From the human T2T-CHM13v2.0 reference genome, Homo sapiens: DNA of 64,000 nucleotides. The notes under the pieces were generated by a model. The model had not been told where the DNA came from. It was given only the letters and a program-made list of their open reading frames with translations, and made no database searches. Of this stretch, positions 55,401 through 64,000 are shown one piece after another (the stretch's first letter is position 1; every line of letters begins with the position of its first letter). A program made the position numbers and the translations under genes. The stretch lies in NCBI RefSeq assembly GCF_009914755.1, contig NC_060929.1; one strand, given 5' to 3'.

Positions 55401-58400
55401 GGTGATTTTCTAACCATGAATATTTACAAAGACGAAAACTTCACATTCTTTTCTGACACTATCACTCAGAAACTATCACTCAGATGACAAAAATGTTTTT
55501 ATTATGGTTAGTTAATTGAAGGATAAGTTTAATTTCAGTTATTTTCCTCTGTAAGAAAGTATTTTTAATTATATGGTACCAGGAGGAGTAATAACTTCTA
55601 AAGGCCATTCCATGTAGATAGGTACCTTTAGCCAGAAGTTCAAATATGTTTGCTCTCTATCCACTCAACTGTTGAGTGAATTCTTCAAATCATTATCAAT
55701 CTGTTTCTGCCCAGACATTCTTATGGAGTCTACAGTTCCATAGAATGTTTCATCTAATGGTAAGACTTCATTATTCCTAGATAGCCTATCTGTGAATGCA
55801 GAGGTTTTTATGTCCAAAGCACTCTAGAGAAAGAAACAGCGTAGCTTTAATAAAAGAAGTTCCTTTTTTTAAAGACAAATCTGGAAACAGTCCCAGGTTA
55901 TGCATCAGCTCCTTTAATTTAGACCTCAGCTAGAAAAGCTTAGGAGAAGAAAAAGTTCATTTATTTATAATGTAGATGGCCATTATTTTTCTTCCTGAAA
56001 AACATTTGTTTTTAGTTCTCCTCAGCCCATATTGCATTAAAAGTCTTGAAGCAGCATACATAGATGTAGGTTTTTGTTACATGTTTGAAGCTGGTGTTAT
56101 AAATCTATCAGTGGTCACTTTATAAAATGATTAATATAATATTTATAATAATATTTGTTCCATTATTAAGGAATTTTGCTATTGATTAATTAATAATATA
56201 ATAATTGTCATGGACTTATTTTCAGTACTGCGTGTTAGGCACTGTGCTAAGCACTTAAGCATTGTCTTAACCTTACACGGGAATGTAATATGAGAACTAA
56301 TATTAAGCCTATTATAAGATGAAAACTTTGAGACTTATCAGGGTTAAATAACTTCCCCAAAGTTGTTAACAGTAAGTTCCAGGCAAGCCACAAATCCAGA
56401 AAGCAGAACTAGCATTTCCTGATTCCCAAACAGGTACTCTTAAGTACTCTATTTTACCTCTGGATGGCTAAGTAGACTCCTGAAGTGTGAAAAAAAAACT
56501 AGGTGATGACTCTGAGGGAATTGTTGGAGCAATTCTGGAAATTAGTCTTACTTCTAAAAAAGTATCCCTTATCTTTTCACTTTATGTATTTTCCCTCCTG
56601 GTCTGCCAGATAATAGTAATAACGGTAATACAGCACCATTATACTTGACTCATTTATTTGTTGGCATAAGGAGGTGCCATAAACAAACAAACTAAGCAAT
56701 TTAGTACATATTCCCTTTTCTTGAAGAAAATTTAATAGGGTGCATGTGTCTTGAGAGAGAAAGAGAAAGAGAGAGAGAGAGATTTTTTGAAAAGGCACTT
56801 TTGCAAGAACAATTTAAACCGTAATATATTCTATTATGGCATCTGACGAACCTACCATATCCTTTTCTCATGAGTTATTGGAGGGATTTGAAAATTACTT
56901 TACCAGAGAGCTTTTTTATTTTCTTTCCCTAAACCAGTAAGATTTGGGTCAGAGGATTAAAGCTCTATTAGGCAGAGTTTAGCAGTGCTCTGGAGAAATG
57001 ATGAATTGAAGCCCAAGAGGGATTTTTTTTCTGGCAGCACACTGGCCTCTGCTTGCGTGGAGGCTTTTCTCTCTGAGAGCTGACAGAACCATTGCCCAGC
57101 CCATTATACCCACTATGGGCACTCTGTGAAATTAATGCTCCTTTAAACTTCCTATGCTCACTAAAGTGCAAGATGTAAGACACTGGGTATGTTAGGCCTT
57201 TTGCAGATGTATTTTTGTGATGTTTCCTAGTCATACAGCTTTAAAGGAATGAAAAAAGAGGTTACTGTAATCATTAAGTTGACCCATGACAATAATTACT
57301 CTTAAGACTTCATCCTCTATCCTTATTCTCAAACCAGATTAATTACATAATCATCTTCTGCAATATTTAGTCATCAAGATCTATATATATGATGTACATA
57401 AAACATATGTGCATTCATGTGTACACACATACATACACACACAGGTATGTATATTTAACTACATTGTACATGTATATATACTTGATGACCGAGTATGAAT
57501 GAAGAAAGGTGATAAATCTGGCTTGAGAATATATGAATATATACATTTATTTATTCAAGGTAAGTGTGGCAATTATGTCATAGCTGACAAAATTCATTCT
57601 ATACTATATGTTTAGAAAAATAAGGTAAAGATGGGGGCAGGGGTGGGAAATGTTATATTTTAAGTTTGCATTTTTAAAAAATTTTACTCTAAACTACAAA
57701 AGTAACCAATATTCATTCAGTGTTGATAAAAATGGAAATGGCAGCTTTTGCACGGGTGTGTGTGTTGCCCCTGGATCTGGAAAATATCATCATCTTGGCG
57801 GGGTTGCCTTGGGACTTGGGTTAGGGGGAGAGGTAAGCTATAGGAATTCCAGTCCCCTTCCAGAGTCATTCTCAGGTGGCTTCCAGCCCAATTGCTGAAA
57901 GGGTTTCTGATAGGTTTGGGCATAGTGAATATAATGAAAGAATATTATGTGGCTTTTTGATCAGTTATAACAAGTCATTTCATTTCTATGATTATAGCAC
58001 ATTAACTATTGCATTTGCCATGATAAAGGGTGGTTTAAAGTCTGTAACATTTTTCTTCATAGTACCAGGTTCTTAACAACCAAAGATAAATGATCCACCT
58101 TTGCCTTCAGTGCAAGTGAGGGGAAAAAATACACATAAACACACCCTGGGGGAAGCAAAAGCAAAGAGATTGAGCTCTCTCCTTAGTGTTCAAGTTAGCG
58201 GGGAGAGGCATGTCTGGCAGTTTGTGGGAGGGAATCTAATTATCAGTCTCTTACTTTCATTAATAAGTTGGGGCAAGTGAACTCCTCAAAGAAGGAAAGA
58301 GCAGACATTATACCTGAATTCTTAGACTACATATGATCCTTTAACCTCCATTTTCACACAAATAGTTTTCTTATAATTCCTTCAGGAGACTGGGAAGTAG

Positions 58401-58642
58401 GCAGAAAGAACATCAAATATGGGAAAAGTAAAAATAACTGGCAAAACATGGTTTATTTGTCCATGGGAGGGCAAAGAATTCTGAAAACCTGAAGCGTACA
58501 CTTGAATACAGTTAGTCTCCATCTATGCAGTTTAATTAGCACAACCCTCAAGGGAGAATTTTCAGTTTAAACATTTCTTTTATCCTGTTTTATTTCTTCT
58601 TTTCCACTGGTGGTCTGTGGATAAAAGTCAACTTGTGTGTAA

Positions 58643-58861
<219 letters not shown>

Positions 58862-59169
58862 TAGGAGCACATAAACATGTCTACTTTAATAGATAAAACA
58901 TCAGTGTAGTTCAAGAGCAAGGAAGATTTAAATTATACTTTTTTATATGTTGTAAAAGTAGTGTTTAAATAGCATTCAGGCCTATGAGTGGGAGAGGTGT
59001 CAATACATTCAAAATGAAGAAATATTATTTTCAAGTGAAGCTTGAGAGCTAGAGTTAGAAATTCACATATTGCTAGATATCTCAGATAGAAGCTGTAGGA
59101 AAAAAAAAACAATGACCCCTTTATGAAGCAACATAAACAAATCAAACAAGACAATAACAGTAAAGAGAG

Positions 59170-59560
59170 GATATATTGTTTGCCTGTTTTTGTGTAACAA
59201 ACAACCAGAAAATCTCAATGACATATGACAGTAAACATGTATATAATACTCCCCTCAGAGATATACTAATCTATGCTAAAGCAAGCTGGAGCTGCTTATT
59301 TAGGGCAACTGTACTTTACGTGTTCCTCGTTCTACTCTTGGGACCAGCAGGTAGCTAGGACAACCCTTCTCACAGTGGTAGAAAACAGCCAGAGAGTAAG
59401 TAGAAGCTCATGAGGCTGAATGCTTAGGCCTAGCACTGGCACACTCGCTTTTGTATATATATTATTAGCCGAAGCCAATCAGATGATCCAGCCCAAAGTC
59501 GAGAGGCAGAGGAATAGCCTTATCCAGGAGAAGGCAAGGATGTGAATGCCGGTTATAGAG
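59170..59560. mobile_element. Old MLT1 (J/K-like) LTR in intron 2
   Basis: gtgtaacaaacaaccagaaaatctcaatg..ggcctagcactggcacac..gccgaagccaatcagatgatccagcccaaagtc. Confidence 0.5.
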
Positions 59561-60274
59561 AATTCAGTCCACCACAGTGAGTTAGGACATGACACTTTCA
59601 AGGAAAAAAATAAAGAAAAGACTAATGCTCTTGTTGTTCATTAAGAGTTAAATAAAGATGGAGACCATGCATTTGGTCATGGATATTATACTACAGATTT
59701 TTAATATCAGTCTTCTCTGAAAAATAGGTACATAATGGGTTTCCATATGGTTTTCTCATATTATCTGTGGTATCACAGGGTACAATAAATCATCAGGGAA
59801 GATTAATTTTGTGTTGGTGAGAGGAGTGTGAGGATAATGTGGTCATTAAAGGAATCAACAGGGAACTGTGATCCAAAACCAATTTATATTACCAGTTTGC
59901 TGTTTATGTCCACTTCATGTTCTGAATGCATATTTTTTTCTGAGTTATTAAGCAATTATTTTTCTATATGGGTCCAGTCAGGGACATGCTCAAGTCAATT
60001 TCAGAGCTTGAAGGAAACATGGTAAAATTCAAGATATCTGAGAGAAAGATGGAGAAAAGCTAAGAGCAGCATTTTCTAATTTATTCATTTTTATGTTAGT
60101 TTTAAAAGGATAATTGGTTTCAAAACTCTACTATGCGTGCTTGGTGCATGTGCATACTTAAAAAAGATATTTCTTTGAAAACAAAATAGTTATTCAAATG
60201 TGGTGAATTAGTAACTGGTACCAAATTAGTTGTGAATAAATTACTTCTAATGTAGCTAAATAAATCTATTCTAG

Positions 60275-60523
<249 letters not shown>

Positions 60524-61986
60524 TAGAAGTGAAAGATAGTCTTCCAGATCCTTTTTTTCTTGTAATATGAAGATAATTAAATGTTAAGTATTTTTATGAG
60601 AATTAAATGGGACCATATATATAATTAATTTGTGTAAATATGCTATGCTGTTGAAATTCAACAATCGGTGTTTACTTGCCAAGTGCTACTTACTACAAAA
60701 TAGGATATAGTACTCAACTACTTATTAGAACATTGATAGTTTGGTTCAAATCAGAAATGTTTCTCAGATAAAATAGTGTGTCAGATGTAATAATAAATGT
60801 AATTCTGTTCTTATGTAACACTTTCTACCCAAATGTGAAATACAAAACTAGACTGGAGTCCAAAATATGATATAATAGAGAATGTAAAATAGAGTAGAGC
60901 AGAATGGAGTACAACATAACATAAGGTAATATAGTATTCTATATTATACAATATTATATATGATATAGTAAAACTATAAGTTTAAAATCATGTTTACCAA
61001 GCTAGCAATAAAGATGCTCTGCTAAGTGAGAGATTGATGTGCCAATCGAGGTGATATATCATCACCTGCATACTCCAAGCTAATAAGTTTGCTTGTTTAG
61101 TCATTAAACAAATTCTAACTTCTTTATAACCATAATTCTCAGAATATTTAGAGTTCTGAAATAAATTCTAAATATCTAAGAAGTAGAGGCTATATAGATA
61201 GTTTATTTAAATGCAGAACTTTCTTGTTTTAGGAATAACAGTCCCCAGAACTGTTCTAGGATCAAAGTTTGTGAAATAATAGTTTTAAGAATCAAAGTTT
61301 TTTATTCATGGCTTTTCTTGCCAAAATGTAGAATATAAATTAATTAATTTTTATTTCTACTGGCACATCACTAATTGGTTGACAAAGGATTTCGTAAAAC
61401 AGGTTCTTTTCTCATTACTTGTAGACTGTAAAAATGAAACTAAATGATGAACAAGGGTGGAATGACTTACAGGGTAGAAATGTAGCTAATCACAGTGACA
61501 CCCAGTGGGAGGTGGTGCAAGGAAAGAAAACAGAACAATGTGATTGAGGCAAAAGACTCAGGCCTAATGGTCTGAATTTCACACCATATCTGCTTTTTTT
61601 TTTTTACTGAAGTCAACCGCTCTCCAGTTTAGTGATATGTATACTTGATGGAAATAATTACAGTAATTTGTCACTATAGCATTTAAGAATGCATTTTATG
61701 ATAGAGATTAACAGAGTATTATAAATTATTTTTAATTGTTAATTTCATCTTGTTTAGAGAAAAGAACAAGTAAATAGTGTAAGTAAATAGTGAAAAAAAC
61801 CCTCTTCTTGGGGGTTTGTTCTCTGCCAGGCATGATGCAAAGCACCTTTTGTTGATTGCCCTTTTCTATCCTAACACGGCCTACCCAGTTAGATTCTTCA
61901 TGATCCCTATTTTAATATAGGCCAACTGACTTTCCAGATCTCCTGCTTATGACTTTTTTGCATATTCTGTACTTTGTTTCACTCTA

Positions 61987-62212
61987 CAGTGGTGGTTCTG
62001 AATCTGAACTTCTTTTTCCCTCTCAGGGGATGTTTGACTGTGTCTGGAGGCAATTTTAGTTGTCATTACTTGGCAGGATTGAGTATGGGTTTGGGGTTTG
62101 CTACTGTCATCTAATGAGTAGAGGCCAGGGATGGTTCTAAACATCCCACAATGCCCGGGACAGCCCTCATGGCAAGAAACTAGCTGGCTCAAAACAACAC
62201 AATGCTCTGCTC
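61987..62212. mobile_element. MER20 DNA transposon relic in intron 3
   Basis: cagtggtggttct..caggggatgtttg..tgtctggaggcaattttagttgtca..tgctactgtcatctaatgagtagaggccagggatg..aaacatcccacaatgc. Confidence 0.8.
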
Positions 62213-62418
62213 TATAGACATGGAAAGTAAAGGATTGTATCAAGGCTATCCTCTTTTGCCAGAACTCACTTAGACAGATCTACTTTTTCATAAAAGTATC
62301 AAACATAGCTACAAAAGATGGGTGAGACAGTAACCTCCTCAGCAAAACTCTAGCTTTCTTTTGAACTATTCAAAGCCAAGATAGCTTTGCTTCATATTGG
62401 CAAAGAAAACAGGAATGA

Positions 62419-62733
<315 letters not shown>

Positions 62734-64000
62734 TAATTGTTAGGAAGAAAACAAACAAACACAAAAATCAACCTTAAGTCTCTAAAAGAAAAAAAAAAAA
62801 GGAAATAAATTTCAAGACTGCATCAGGGTTGGCATGCTATCAATTAGTATATGACATCAAAACATTAGTTTTTTCTTTTTGTTATCAATGAGCTTTTTCA
62901 AAGCACTAATTATAGGCAAAGCTTATTTTCCACAACTGCTGTGAAAACTATTTTTTGTCACAACTGACCTGAAATTTCCTTTGTCTTGCAAGATCATCTG
63001 ACCTTTGCACCTACGCTTTGCACTCTTATGCTTGGCAATATCTTCATTTCCAAGGAAATAGTTGCTAAAAGAGAATTTTTGAGGTGTATGTCTCCATACA
63101 TCCTTCTCTTTTTAGCTTCACAATAGCAGGCACCTAGAATCTATTATCTTTCATCTCCTGGCACCCCACTTCCCATTATGTTAATAGGCTATTTAAATTA
63201 ATTTGTTGTCTATCTTGGGAATAGACATGGGAGAAAGTTGAAGGAGCTATGGTTCAGCCTCTGAAATTAAATTCTGAAATTAAATTGTGAAATTAGAGTA
63301 AAATGCTACCTTAATAAAATAATTATTTTATGCCATTACCTTAGCACTTCATACTTTGCATTTAAAACATTTTTACATTGAATTTTCTCATTGGTGGGAA
63401 TACATTATTAGACAGAATAATAGATAAGTACATAGTCTTACGAATCAGACATCCGACTTTGGTTCTTAGCTCTCTCTCTTACTATCTGTAGGAACTAGGG
63501 CAACGCTCCAGCATTTCTATATAAAGGGACTTAGGGGCAGCTATCTGGTAGCAGGACTTTTAGTGTTAGAAGCTTTGTTTGCATAGTAAGCATGATGTTT
63601 TTACATGGTTATGTTTTTATTTAGAAAAATTAAGTGAGAACTGATGGAAATTATTGGGAAAGAAAGCACAACCATGCTGTCCCACCCTGTACTGCCTCTC
63701 CCCCGACCTTGACATCACAACTGAGCAAACTCTTTTACCTTTCATTTCTTTAATTTCTATAAAACAGATATAGTTCTTCTGACCTTACGGAGTTGCTATA
63801 AGGACAAAATAGGGTGATAAGTAAAGTGATTAACATAGAGCCTGATATATAGTAAATATAGAAAATATTAAAATTATTTATACATTTTCAATCAAAATAA
63901 GAATAATGCAATTCTAAATCTTCATATCAAATGATTCATGTTAAATGTGCTTGCTCAACATACAAAATATAATACTTGAATAGGCTCCAAAATCTTTATT

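Noticed and set aside
62406-62416. Copy of the exon 4 acceptor sequence aaaacaggaat 75 nt upstream
   Set aside because: No polypyrimidine tract, and use would read GAA TGA (immediate stop); probably chance in A-rich DNA.

Overview
Primate (very probably human) genomic DNA, AT-rich and dense in repeats. It contains about 32.8 kb of upstream sequence and the first four coding exons of GABRG2 (GABA-A receptor gamma-2 subunit) on the + strand: CDS 32849-32955, 58678-58829, 60345-60412 and 62488-62708. All introns are GT-AG, the phases are consistent, and the gene continues past the window. Intron 1 carries an RE1/NRSE (REST) element. The window opens in the 5' end of a minus-strand L1PA2/PA3-type LINE-1 whose ORF1 is dead but whose antisense promoter points at GABRG2. 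The best candidate for something new is a set of alternative first-exon options for GABRG2. These are a perfect CCG|GTAAGT donor exactly at the L1 5' junction, in frame with exon 2; a 20-nt ATG mini-exon donor at 32491; an internal acceptor just before Met23; and an intron-1 donor. They are sequence-based hypotheses that need transcript data. The rest is Alu, L1, L2/MIR, LTR and DNA-transposon relics and microsatellites, plus a few local duplications and hairpins. Repeat subfamily calls were made by eye and their boundaries are approximate. No prokaryote-type system (CRISPR etc.) is present.
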